Shown: piece after piece, positions 49,094-61,869 of the stretch | How positions within the stretch are numbered: position 1 is the first letter of the stretch | Layout of the letters: each line of letters starts with the position of its first letter | DNA from: Selaginella moellendorffii | Lineage: Eukaryota; Plantae; Lycopodiophyta | Direction of reading: 5' to 3' | NCBI RefSeq assembly: GCF_000143415.4 | Contig: NW_003314289.1 | Span: 1,792,293-1,856,292 of the forward strand | DNA length: 64,000 nt | The notes under the pieces: model-generated | The model's database searches: none | Told to the model about the DNA's origin: nothing | What the model saw: the letters and a program-made list of their open reading frames with translations, nothing else | Made by a program: the position numbers and the translations under genes

Positions 49094-52000
49094 TCACACA
49101 TTGTAGACCATGCCGACGTGAAGGAGGCTCTCGTGAGGGATGTGGTAGATCACCGAGTTGTCCCGGCAGATCCTGCGAAGGAATCCATAGCAGTAATTGA
49201 TCGTCGCTCTCCTCAGCAGCCCCGATCCCTCGTTGCACCGGATGAGCGTGTTGCCGAGGATGTGGACGATGCCTTGCTCCTTGGCGCTGTGCAAGAACTT
49301 GAGCTCGTCCTGTCGTCGATCATCTCTGTCGTCGCCATCACTGCTGTAGCTCGTCAGCTGCGTCGACGAGTTCACCGACGTGAGAGAGTTGCTCATGAAC
49401 CCCGCCACCGTGTTCCTCGTCTCCTGGTGATCGTGTTCTTGCTGTTCTTGCTGGGACTGGGAGCTCGACGCCGCGTACACCACCTGGCTTAACTCCGAGT
49501 TTCCATCGTCCTGTCCATCCACGCTCTCGAGCAGCGACTCGTACTTCACGAACGCCGCCAGCGTCTGGATCAAGAGATCGTCGAAATGGTCGTCTCGTTT
49601 GTGGAGATCCTTGTATCCGTATCTCACAGCGCAGCGAAACATCCGGTAGTTCTTGGGGCCGATCCTTCGCACCAGAAACCTTTCCTCCTTTGGCACCGTG
49701 CTCACCGGCAAGTACTTGACGCAGACGAACACCAGGATTGAGTGGATCGCTGGGAAGTGCGTCAAAAAGTGGGAGAAGATAGATGGAACTCCGTGAGCTA
49801 GCTCGGTGTAGAAGAGGCCGATGCCGGGTAGCCGGACGAGTCCCAAGCTCGGTCCCAGGCCGAGGATCCATCCAACCGAGACTTTGTTGCGTTTCTCGGT
49901 CTCGTAGCGCTGCGTGGAGCCGTAGTGCCATGTATACATGACGAGCAAGAGGACCGCTCCTATCGCCAGGGGAACCCAGCCACCATTTGGAACTTTGAAG
50001 AGCACGGCCGAGATGTAAACGAGCTCCACGGTGCCAAACACGGCGAGGAAGAGCAGCACCAGGAATATATTTGTTTGCCAGATGACCACCATGAGCAAAG
50101 CCATGAGCAAAGTCGTGACTAGCATAACTCCGATCACGGCAACACCTGTGACAAGCAAGTTGGCAGTAAGTTTTGCTCTCCTGAAAAGAAAAAAAAAAGT
50201 GTTTTTGAATACCGTATGCGTTGCCGATTTGCGTTGTTTTGCGGAAGCCGGCAGTGATGAGCAAGCACAGCGCCATGAGTATCCAGTTCACCTCGGGCAC
50301 GTAAATCTGGCCCATGAAACGCTGAGAAGTGTGGACGATCTTTACTCGAGGGAAGCAGCCGAGTGCTACTGCCTGCTTGACTATAGAGAAAGTTGCCGAG
50401 ATTGTTGCCTGGCTCGCGATGATCGCTGCTGCGGTGGCAATCACAAACATTGGCCAGTACAGAGGTCCTGTGAAACAAGGTAAAAGAGAAGTTTTGTTCA
50501 CATATTTGTTCACGAGCTTTGAGAAAACCGTAGTACCTGGGACAGAGCTATAGAAGGCATCGGCCACTCGATCTGGATGATGCATCAAGAACGCAGCCTG
50601 CCCCATGTAAGCTGCGAGGAGGCAAGGAAAAACCAGAAATGTAAACGCCAGCTGTTGCAAAAGTTTCTCATAAGAAATCTCTGTATACCAATTTATCTAT
50701 CTTTTCTCTTTCTGGTTTTTTCTTTCGCTCGAGGAAACTCGTTACCTGAATGGAAAGAGCGGAAAAATGGCCGAGGTCTGCAAACAATGCCTCTGCGCCT
50801 GCAATGTGAATTCCTTGCATGAGCGACAGCGTAAAAACGAAAGAGGAACATCGTTTACCAGTGATGGAGAGCATAATTCCTCCAAGAGCGACCCATCCAT
50901 TCACTTCACTCCTGTGGAAGTAGCGAATGAAAGTGAGCGGCGAGAGCGCCCGGAAGATGGATGGGTCGTGCCTGAAAATGTTGTAGAGCCCGATCAAACC
51001 AATGGAGAGGAACCAGAGAAAGATGACGGGAGCAAAAATGAAAGCCACTCTGCCGGTTCCAAATCGTTGCATACAAAACAGGATCACCAGAATCAGCAGG
51101 GACAGCACCAGCACAGCTTCTGCAAAAAGAAACAAATGTTGCGTAAACTGTTGTGAGCGCTGCTTCTTTGGTACCTTCCGGAAGAGAATGATGCGCCGCT
51201 TGAATGCCTTTGACAGACGAAAGTACTGCAAAGGTAGCGTATTGTCAGAAGAAAACGAGCGAGAAGAGCGAAGAAAAAGTGTGTGTCGCTATACCTGAGA
51301 TTGCCGGGGAAAGGATACCATCGCCGATAACCATGCTCGTTCCCAAAAGAACCAGGACGAGCAAGATCTTCTGGAGATGGGAGTTGTTCTCCAAGAGTGT
51401 TCTCACCTTGAAAGCCAGAGAGTTTGGAGCTACTGGCCGGCGGCTATACGTCGTGAGTTTCAAGTCGGTGTGATGCTGGTTTTGGATGGTGTTTGCTTTG
51501 ACGTGCCTGCAGATGAGCGAGTAGAGAGCAAAAGTTCCACCTGCGGACAAGGATTCATGAGCTCCCGATCGAGACGAGAAGGAAACAACGAGCGAGAAGA
51601 AAGAGCCAACCTTCGCCATAGTCGCTGGACTGAAGCGCGATGAACACGTATTTGATGAGAGGGATGAGAGTGATGGTGTAGATGATGAGCGAGAGCGTTC
51701 CAAGGATATCGTCGGTGTTCTCCACGGTGCTAGTGTCCTGGAAGATGCTCGAGAAGACGTAGAGAGGCGAGGTTCCAAGATCTCCATACACCACTCCCAA
51801 GCTCAAGAAGGCCAGCCGCAAAGTGGTGGCCGTGGACAATCCCTGGAGCAAGAAACAAAGAAGCCCAATTGGATTCACGAGACAAGCGGGATGGAGGATT
51901 CATCACAAACCTTGTCGGATCGCCACATACTGGCGACGTGCCCGGCCTCCTCCCCGAGTGGCTGATCCAAAGTTTGGTCCAGCTTCCACATTCTTCCCTT

Positions 52001-52122
52001 TCCCTGTTCTTGGGCTTCCTCCTCCTCATCGGTCTCGACCACCGCATCCATTCTGCCAAATCTAATCGATGATCAAGCGACTTGGGCTCCCGATTCTCCG
52101 TCTCCGCCTCGATCGGTGCCAC
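49094..52122 (-). CDS. HAK/KUP/KT potassium transporter (multi-exon)
   Basis: [75 protein letters not shown]. Confidence 0.95.
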
Positions 52123-53030
52123 GATTCGGGGGTGTTGGCGTCATCGCCCACTGTCGCTCATCCTTCTCCCGTCCGGCGGAGCACTGTGATTGTGGCTGGC
52201 GGCCTCCCAACGCCGCCACATCTCCTCCATCTCTACGGCCTTGATGAGCTCCGTCCAAGAAGCTCCTGTCTTTACCCAGAGCACGGAACTATCGGGAGCT
52301 CTCCTCTCCTTCCCTATCTCTTGCCCCCTCGCAGAATAGAAGAGGGAAGAACTTGTCAACGTTTTGCGCCGTGGGCACCACCAGATCCGATCCGCGACAC
52401 CATTGTTGGAAGCTTGACGCCAAGATTTGTGGAGCAATCGCGGAGACCAAGAGCGAGCGAGCACGATCGACACTAGATTGGTTAGAAAAACCCCACCTTG
52501 GGTGCCTGTGCTCCTGTTCTAGCCATAGAATCAGGAGCCCACGCAAGAAATATGGGACCAGTACTCGATAAAATTCGTTGGTTACTAATTACTCTGGTAA
52601 TTAGGGCATTGCACTGTTGTTTAGGGCTCACGGTTGTTAACGCATTTTAGCTCTGTTGTTTAGGGCTCACGGGTTATAGAAGCTGCTGGATTTGAGGCTT
52701 TTAACCAGGTATGTTTTCAAGATCTTTAGATCTTTGTTTTATACTTATCTAGCTTGTTTCGTACCACAGGGAAGACACTCATTGTCTAGATCACTGATCT
52801 TTATCACGTACTTTGGAGGCACACATGACGTGATTCTTGTGTCCTTTGTGAAAGAGAGGATCGTTTCTATGGTTACACTATATATTTGTAAACTCCTAAT
52901 GCATTTGATATTGATCATCTCAAAATGCATCTGCCCGGGAATTATATTTCTATAACAGGTCGCACCCTAATGCTAGAGTTTAAACCAATGAGCGGGAAAA
53001 GAAGTGCCCTAGCCCTAGAGGAGAAGAGCA

Positions 53031-54134
53031 ATGGCGCTGCTGCTGCTGCTGGCGCTCCTGCCGATCGCGGTGATTCTCGTCGATGCCGCGGACAACAATC
53101 CGGTATTCAATCCGTGCCGCCAGTTGCTGCCGGTCGGGGGCAAGGATTCGATCAGCATTGCGGTAGGGTACACTGGCGCGCCCTCGGTGTGGTACAACAA
53201 CTCGGATCCGTCGCTCAATCAGCTCTCGCCTTGCGACAACGCGCTCGTCGCTGTGAGTGTTGTCTGAGAATTCGTGTTGATCGAGCTTTCTTTGGTTTGC
53301 TGTGTTGGGCAGAAAATGCCGGCGAATTCCCGGGTTGCCGTGTTCAGGCCTCTGCTGGATCAAATCTCGATGCTGCGGACGAACAATGCGAGCTATCTGG
53401 ATCTTCACACTGCCGTAATTTATCAAACTTCCACGATCGAAGAACACAGTAAAAGAAGATCTTTTTCTTTTACTTTGACTTTCTTATCAGGTTTTGTTTT
53501 TTTGTTCCAGTTTCCTGGGAATGCTACTGTGGTTGCGTATGCTGGGAATCCCACAATTGTCTCGACTCCAAAATACTTCCTCATTCCTTACGTAAGTTCA
53601 TGAGGAAGAGTTTTAGCCGAAATTGGAGTCACGGTTTGTTTTGTGAGCAGGGGAGAATACCGATCTACACGCTCGTGATTGAGCTCAAGAAAGGAGTGCT
53701 CAAGAATTTGCTTTGGTAAGAATCACCTTTGTTTGTGTGTGTTTACGTTTCTTTCTTCAGGAAGGACGATAAGTGTGCATCCTGCGGTGGAAAGACGAGC
53801 GCTTCGTGCTTCCAAGGTGCCTGTTCGACGTCAGAGTCGACTTGTCTGGATCCATCGTCGACAATTGCGTCGGTAAAAGGCGCTGATCCGTGCCGATTTG
53901 CCGTAAGCTTTGTGTCTTTTCCTCCGAGATAGAGAAGAAGCATCCTTACTCCTTTTCTGGCTCTTACAGATAAATGTCGCGTTCTCTGGGACCGACAAAA
54001 ACAACGTGGTGATGGACTCGTGGTACCAGGTGAAGTCCATGGAGCAGTACTCCATCACATCACTCTTTGGACAGGCCGGCAATGCGCTATCCCAAGTTGG
54101 TCTGTCTATCATAGATGACCAACTTGGTGGGTGA
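53031..54134 (+). CDS. Conserved secreted plant protein (Expp1-like, multi-exon)
   Basis: Signal peptide, DNNPVFNPC, QLSPCD, AVFRPxxDxIS, Cys-rich segment, AFSGTDK. Confidence 0.7.
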
Positions 54135-55000
54135 CATAATCGACCAACCAACCAAGTTCCTGGGTTTATGGGGGGATGGGGGGCTGCTCATGCTGTTTGT
54201 CGCATTCCGACTACTCGATGCGCTCCTTGTTCGTAAGAGGAGCACGTTTTCGGGTAATCCTAATTCGGAGCTGGTTTCCAGAAAAAATTTGTGTTTTTTC
54301 AGCGCCTCTCACTTACTTCTCCCATGGTTGCTGCGCTCTATATTTCATCTAGTGCATGGTACGCTCGAGAGTTCTTTTCAGCGGAATGATGTGATGCCAT
54401 ATAGGTGATCGATCAGTTCCTCATTGCCTGCTCGCCCGCCGAATGTTTTGCCTCTCGTGGCGCCAATCTCGTGTACCTTTATGACTGCAGCGACAATTTC
54501 AGGTACGTTTACCGATCAGAGTTTATCACCTTTCGATTTTAAGAGACCACGAGGTCAGCCATTGCAGATTGGTTTCCGGACAAGATCGAGAAAGCTGGCC
54601 AACTTCGGCACCGCAGTGGGTCGTCAGGATGCTCTTACAGAAGTGGGGATTCTAACACGAAGGTAGTGACGTTACATTAGCAGGACTCCAGTTACGCTGC
54701 GCTCGTAGGTGGATCTACGAAGCTCGAAGCTGGCCACGGGCTCGCGAATGGGATCACGGTATGTACCGATATGTTTTCATGAAAGCTACGTGTTTTTTTT
54801 TTTAACGAGGAGGGCATGGGTTTGTGGCAGGGATCCGTAGGTGCTAACTCAGCTCACAGAGCGAGTTGGAGATGGAGAGGCTCGTGCTGTATATCGAGTC
54901 GCGAGGCACTACGGCACAGGGAACTATGTTTCGAGGAGCACAGGGCCAAAGGACATGTCATACGTATAAATTCTCGGACATGATCAAGGATCAAACAAGC

Positions 55001-55699
55001 TTAAGCCACATTGAGCTCTAGTGTGGATGACGAATTAAAGCTGGATCCAGGATAGCAGGGTCGCTCCAGATACATTCCGATGCCTCTGAAGTACTGAGTT
55101 TGTGTAGCAAAGCCCCAGAAGCCCACGAATTTGCCGACTGGAGTGACGAAAAACTGTCCTCTTGTGATTCCATATGGCCCATAGCTCTTCTGGTGCCCAG
55201 TGTATTTGTCGCTGGAGATGAAGGTGAGCTGATTTATCCCATCTCTCGTGAACTTGCTTGGTCCTCCGAATCCTCTCATTTGGGTTATCTCTTCATTGGG
55301 ATAGTCCAGACATATCTGCGAAGAACAAGAAGGAAGAACCAGGTGATCTCGTGGACAAGTTGGAGCTCACCTGTGTCGGTGCCTTGTGTGTGGTGGTGCC
55401 ATGAGCTGGTGCCCAGATATACTGACCATCTCCATAGTCATACATCACTTGGAGACCATCAAACACTTCACCGTGCCAGAGTCGCATGCACACAATCCCT
55501 TTGGACTCGCCGTCGCTAAACTCGATCCCTTCTGTGCCCCCCCATCGGCCATAGCGGCGGGCACTGGATCCATCCAGAAGCTGGAGAGCCAAAGAGCAGC
55601 ATATATAATGTCAGCTGCGAGCAAAGCAGATGTGATGAAGTGAAGTGTAGAACACTTAACGCAGAGGGCGAATACGAAAAAGAACACTGGAGTCCACAT
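55001..55699 (-). CDS. Secreted jacalin-like lectin (3 exons)
   Basis: Predicted spliced signal peptide MWTPVFFFVFALC|LLDGSSA; GRWGGTEG..FSDG, HG, EEITQMRG, LTFIS, YGPYG, FVGFWG, GIGMY. Confidence 0.75.
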
Positions 55700-56049
55700 A
55701 TCCCCTATCGATCGATCTCAGCTGGATGACTGGAAGCAAGGTGTTCTTATTTGCAAGCAGCAAGGTGAAGGGCGTCGATGTGTAAAGCTTCTTGATTAAA
55801 AAGTTGTCTTGTACCACATTCTTCTCGTGGAAGGGAAAATGCTGGTCCCCGATGTCGAGCCCTCAACCGCTCGTGAGTCCTTGCTATGACAAGAATTACC
55901 TGCTGCTTGTTCACTTCTGGATGACAAGAATTTCTCTTTTCTTTAGTCCTTGGGTCCCTACGTATATGCGCATTGATATAGCCTGAAATTTCTTAACGAT
56001 TTGTTAGCTGAAATTTTTCCTCTGTACTATTTCTACGGTCCCGCTGAGA

Positions 56050-57430
56050 TAACTCGGGCTCTTGGATTCAAAGTCAAATGTTGTAGAGGCGGCCAAGCCC
56101 ACAATCTCCATGACACCGGAGATCAACAGGTACACGATGTCCATTCTTGGAGCTGATTCGTGCTCTTCATGGCAAGCCACCGTGTACAAGAGATACATTG
56201 GGAATGGGTTTGAGGGCGTGGTTTTCATCCCAGTCTCCAGGAGGAGGATAGCTAGAGCATGAGCTATCTGGCCTCTCTGCTGCTGGACAACGGCGTCATG
56301 AACAGAGATTGCCTTTTGGAGTCCTTCACCTCACACACACCTCAAGAGGTGGACGACCATCACCTTCCAAGGTTGTGGACATCATTGAGAAGAATTACAT
56401 CCACTTTCCAAAGCACGATCAATGGTTCACTAATGGGGTGAAGTAGAGATTTGTGGACAAATGAGGTACCACATAATAGTATATAGCATCATAGCTATAC
56501 AACTGGACCTTATACATATAGCCTTCACAAGGAATGTTCCATTGGAGTTTGTCTTGCCGGCATTTCCAGTCTAAGTCATGCAATCCCAACAAGACTCTGG
56601 GAAAGTGCCCGGCCATCCATTCCATGAATATTGTTGCGGATCCCATCACGTTCCAGGCGTGCACTACAACGTCGTCTCGAATGGCCATGTCTTCTCTGAT
56701 CTCGTCAGCTCTGACGATGCTGCTGTGGATTCTTAGGAGGGATGTTTTGGGGAGATGGCACACAATTTGTATCCCGGCTTGGTCAGTTTCTTTAGCCTGG
56801 ACGAGTTTCTTCTGGACAACCACAGTGAGGACAGCATTGCCAACCTTTTATCCAGCACGGCAGTGGAACATTCAGTTGCGACTGAGCTCACGGCCAATGC
56901 AGAGAATGCCAGGCGAACTCTCATTGTTTGGATGTGACGAGTCAACAGTCACCAAGGTAGGAAGATCCCGAGACACGTAATCTGTATCGTGGCTTCTCCG
57001 GGTTCACCCTCGAGGACTTGCACGAACACAAGAGCTGCAAAGACCTTCCGTCAAAGTCGAAGTTGTGCAGCCAAGTTGGCTTCCTCATGATCCTCTGGAA
57101 CGGTGCATACTCGGCCCATGGTGGAGTGGCTCTTCCCGTTGCAGCTGCGCATCTCCATCCACCGGCATCCAAAAGAGGTCCCAAGTATGGCATCATCCAC
57201 TCCTCTCTAGTGGCAGTGCAGAAGAGAAGAACTTCCACATCCCAACGCCATGGCTCAACGCAGTTGTCGAGCTCGAGGATGGCAAGTTCATGCTGCTCCA
57301 TTCCAAGATCATCAGAGAGTTTGGGAGAACAGCTCGATTGAGCCAGCAGCTGCTTCTCAAGCGTGACGGCTATCTTGTGAGGTATCCGGACCACAGACCC
57401 AGCCACTACAGGCAAGTCAGCGCCTGCTAG
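56050..57430 (+). pseudogene. DIT1/PvcA isocyanide synthase, copy 3 (decayed)
   Basis: YIGNGFEGVVF, MSYLASLLLDNG, KSCNPNKTLGKCP, LYRGFSRF, GPKYG, HIPTPWLN, RPSHYRQVSAC. Many indels and stops, plus an AT-rich insert at ~56475-56525. The 5' boundary is approximate. Confidence 0.9.
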
Positions 57431-57769
57431 GCCGCAGCTATTGGCATTTCCAATTCAATTGCCAATGTATAAGCTTGCGTAGTCCCAATCTCCAATACAA
57501 TTCGTATTTATCTTTCCTAGAGTTGGCATTTTACATCCATCTTAGTTGAAACATAGCAGTCACAAACTTGTAAGAAATTGTTCTAGGGTTTTTGAAGAGG
57601 GATCGCGCTCGAGAGCGTGGTTTGTTGCAACTCCAGTGCTCGTAGTACGTGCGAACGAGCAGTGCATTAAACAGCCAAAATGCGATGCACAGCACCCACA
57701 CCGCATTGTCTTCGGGTAAATCTTGTCTTCACATATCTCTCATGCTACATTCTTGTTTTTCTTTGTCTA

Positions 57770-59175
57770 GATATGGACATCTCACTTGGGAATGGAACGA
57801 AGGTCTTCGGAGCTACCTACACCCGCTCATCTTTGCTGCGCGCTACGACGTTGGCAGTGTTTAAGCTGGATACTGGTTCATGGTAAGCTCGATAAAACTT
57901 GAGCTTTTTTCGAGAAAGTTCTAATGCCTTCTAGCTTTTTCATGAATGATTCCATGATAGTGGAGGTCGCCAAGGCTTTTCCAGTCTCTCATTGCCGCAG
58001 CTGGTGATGTTTACCTGTGGAAGCTCGCTTGTCGAGCATTTGGTGACCCTGTTGCATAGTGGACCATCTGAGGAAAACTTGCGATTCTCAAACTTTATTA
58101 TGCAGATGTTTTGCCAGCTCGTCAACTGGCTCACCTTCTTTTGCATGGTTTGCACTCTATCCAGCACCATCGAGACTGTCCTGACGACGATTGCGCTCTT
58201 ATCGACAAGCACTTGGGATTTATGTCGAATTGTCAGCTAGCTCTTTCTATGAATGCCGTGACAAATCCAGATATCTCCTCCATGAAGTTCTTCCTATCGG
58301 ATAAGCAAAGGAGGCGTGTTCCATGCTCAAAACCCTTACATTTGCTTCCAACTTTCAGGTGTGGCATTCTTGGAGCGACTTTCGTTTTGGACAGGATCAT
58401 GTACGGAAATGGATATTTGTGCCCCCGAGGTTTTTCCTGTTTAATTACCTCTCGGGGGACGGTAGCCATCCCTGGCACTGGTATTTCACCCAGGGCTTTC
58501 CAGCGATGGCATTCACGCACTTGCCGCTAACATGTTGGTAGTCGCGGCAGTGGTTTCTTGCGGGTCTTGTAGCTTGGATATTGTTCACGTATAGTCTGCT
58601 CGGGCACAAAGAATTCAGGTATCCGTTAGCATATGTATGAAGAGCAACTTAACTTTTCTAGTCATTCAGGTTCGTCACATCCTCTGGCGATGCTCTTTTC
58701 TGGGAACAGCCTTGCCTCCATTGAGTTCGGAAGTAAGCAAATCGTCAAAGCAAAATCCGTTGGACGATGAAGTTTATACTTTTGTCCAAACAGCGCGGCT
58801 GAATGGAGTACCTTGGCAAAGAAGCGGCAGACCAAAGGGTGGTAAGCATTACGTTTCTGACGCAATGCCATGCTACTCCATTCTACACGTCACTGCACAA
58901 GGATTTGCCAATGAGATTCTTAGCGATGGTGGCAAAGACGAGGCCTCACGGTTCATGGAAGATCCACTCGAGCACTCTCTGTCATGTTCGACAACGGGAG
59001 CTTGCCCAGTCACATCGTCATTTTTTACTCCTTGGAGGACAAACTCCGGCCATTTCTGGAAGCACGCTCCTACAAGTTGGCAAGCTTCTCTACTCCCGCG
59101 AGCGAGTACAGATCTTGGACTGGCGCGCAGTTGCGCAAGTGGGCACCGCCAACTTCCTCAAACTCCAGTTTGCTA
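57770..59175 (+). pseudogene. GPI mannosyltransferase 3 (PIG-B/Gpi10-like), degraded
   Basis: [58 protein letters not shown]. Deletions and frameshifts. Confidence 0.75.
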
Positions 59176-59624
59176 GCCCTAGTCTAATGGCGTCTCAAAA
59201 TCGATCAGAGGCATATTCGGCATGGAAGCTTGCGCTGGGAGAGACGAAGAGGCTCCGCGTTTCCAGCACCGTGACCTGCTCCATTTCTGCAATTTGGCTC
59301 TCAAAGCCAGGGTCCGTCCATAATCATGTTATGTAGTATAATTTGCTTAAATCAAATGGAAAGTTTATAATTATAAACATTTCTATAAATTATAATCTAA
59401 ATGGTAGAATATTTTAGAATATTTAAATATATTTTAAATATATCCTAGTTTCGATATATGTTTACTTAAGCAAACCCAAAAACACGTAGCTCAATTTGTT
59501 CAAGCAAATTAGTCAACGGTCAGCCGTAAATGTTAAAGTTAAACTAAATATTTAAGATTAAAGCTAACATTTAAAAACCACATTTCACTAGGGCTCCTTG
59601 AAAGTTTATTGCCGCCGCGCAGAC

Positions 59625-61869
59625 ATGGAGGATGAGCCGCTTGAGAGCAAGGTGAATAAGGCGCGAGTGGCGAGGGCTCGTGAAGTAGATTTTACACAGT
59701 TGTGGAATCGAGGCTCCAAGGTTTTTCTTCCGTTCCCGGGCTTGGAGGGTTCGTGCCAGATCAAGAGGCCTCGTTCGAATTTTGCAGCACGGGGGAGTAC
59801 ATCGGTTTTAGGAAGGCTGTGGAACCTCTATTCAAGAATAGCAGGGGGGGCGTTTTCATATTGACAGGTACCAAGGGAGGGGAGAAAAGCAGCATATTGA
59901 GGGCCTTCGCTTGGGAGCTTATTAAACTGTACGATATGTCGAACAAGCGGCCACGACCTGGATGTCCTATCACCAGAGTAGTGTGTATTTGGTACTTGAA
60001 TGTGGATCATCCCGTTGCTGAACAGATCCGTGACGTGCTGCTATTCACGTTCTGCAACGAGAAAGGGGCGGAGGAGGCCATAGCCTCCATAGAAACACCG
60101 GAAGATGCTAAGGCATTTCTGGAAAGTCGGAGGCGGCTCGGCGAAAGGATCGTCCTGTTGACTGATGGGGAAGAGCGTCATGATCCGACGACCGGAAGTG
60201 ATGCAGAGAAGCGCAAGGCAGCCGAGAAATGGACAGACGAACTTTGGGGGCAAGCACGCGTTGTGGTGAAGGCCCTTTCACCCAACAGTGAAGTATTGAA
60301 ACAATCTCGGTTTCAAGGTAGTCCCACAGTATATAATATCAGCAAGATGTTCACGAAGGTAATGTGATGCCTTCAGATTGGAGTTTGCTAACTATCTTCG
60401 TCAAACAGGCAAAGCGTGATGCGTACCTGTCGGGAACTGTTCTTGGCAAGTTTCTTGAGAACTATCCTGAGCACTGGGGTGATGTCGAGGACCTTGGTGC
60501 ATGCCACCCGTTGTCACTCTCCATTCTTGTTAACCACTGCAACAGCCTGACAGGTTACGCCGCAGGTGCTGACGAAGAGTACGATGGATTTCGCGAGATA
60601 TATGATCTCTGCGTGGAACCACAACAGCATCCCGAGCTTGCCGCTGATCCTTCTGCCACCACTGATCCTTCTGCCGCTGATTCTTCTGCCGCTGTTCCTC
60701 CTGATCCCATTGAGGAGTACTGCCATGTAAGTGCACCGTGTGAATTATTGTAACTAGGGCCTTAACGTTCTGTCCTGCAGAAGTTAGACTGGAAGATGCT
60801 TGTGCGGCGCTACAAACAGGATCCGGAATTTCAAGATTTAAAGAATTCGATACGCATGAACATGGCGAATTTGGACCCGCTGTTACCATATACGGAACTG
60901 GCTGTTCTTTTCCCGGCGTTTACGGTGGCGACGGAGTTCTGCACCCCTTTTATCGCAAGGATCCATACAGAGGAGGTTAACAGGCACTTGATGTCTACAG
61001 ATCCTATCGGAACAAAGCCTTGACGGCTTACGCACGTCAAAGGCTGGCAGATGTTGAGGCGTATGTACTGGGCTGGGCTGGGCTGGCTGATTGAAAATTT
61101 TATCGGTGAAGTGATTTGTAAGAAAGGCATGAAGCTAGGGGACTTCGAGGTTCCGAGAGAATTCACCAGGGAACCTTTTGAGGGAGCAGAGCCGAAGCAG
61201 GTGCAGACTAAGGGCTTTCGGGACGGTCAACTTCCGGATAGTTATTTCTTCAAGTACACCGATTTCGTGGTGGTGTTCAAGTCTGAAGGCGTCGTCCATA
61301 TAATTGCTGGGCAGATAACCATGAACCCTGAGGACCATCGAAAGACAGAACAGAAGTTTGTGAAGAAGTCATACGTTTGAATGTGGCTACCGGACGTGAG
61401 CGAGGACGAAGTTCGGGTGCATTATTCCTTCTTCAGCCCGATGAAGGTTGATTTGAACCCCCTGGACAAAGAGGCAGAGGCTATGGAGCACTGGCTGCAT
61501 GTTTCGACTTTCTTGGAGTCCTTCGCCGATGGTATCACGGAAGAAGATTGCAAGTTGCTAGAGGAGCTGGAAGAGAAGAGAAAGCAGTCCAAGAAGGAGA
61601 GGCGGTCTAAAATGGACCCTGCCGTGCTGAAGTGGGTCAATGAATGCAAGAAGGCATTCCTGCAGGCGAAGGCGCAGAAGCATCAGATATGGATAACTGG
61701 AACTAAAGAGAGAATCGTGAAGTCAATATTGGACGCAGGGGTTATGGAGGACTGGCGGTCCTGGGAGGCAGTTGTGCCATACTTGAGGGGCCGTTCTCAC
61801 AGCTACGCTCACGGCGCAAGCCAGGACCAAAATGTGATAGCGAAGAGAAGCCGAAGAGAAAGAAGCTGA
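59625..61869 (+). pseudogene. Crinkler/RHS-like P-loop NTPase + PD-(D/E)xK nuclease protein with SAP-like C-terminus, disrupted
   Basis: Walker-A-like FILTGTKGGEKS, Walker-B-like IVLLTDG, later TDFVVV...IAGQITMNPEDH, and CKKAFLQAKAQKHQIWITGTKERIVKSIL. Frameshift at ~59743; in-frame TGAs at 61021 and 61378. Confidence 0.5.

Noticed and set aside
42105-54134. BSD2/TPR/RLCK/BZR/HAK/Expp1 block as part of the ICS cluster
   Set aside because: Conserved housekeeping and signalling genes with no biochemical link; proximity reflects genome compactness.
61021-61380. Selenocysteine or programmed read-through at in-frame TGAs
   Set aside because: Land plants lack selenoproteins and the gene also has a frameshift; point-mutation decay is simpler.
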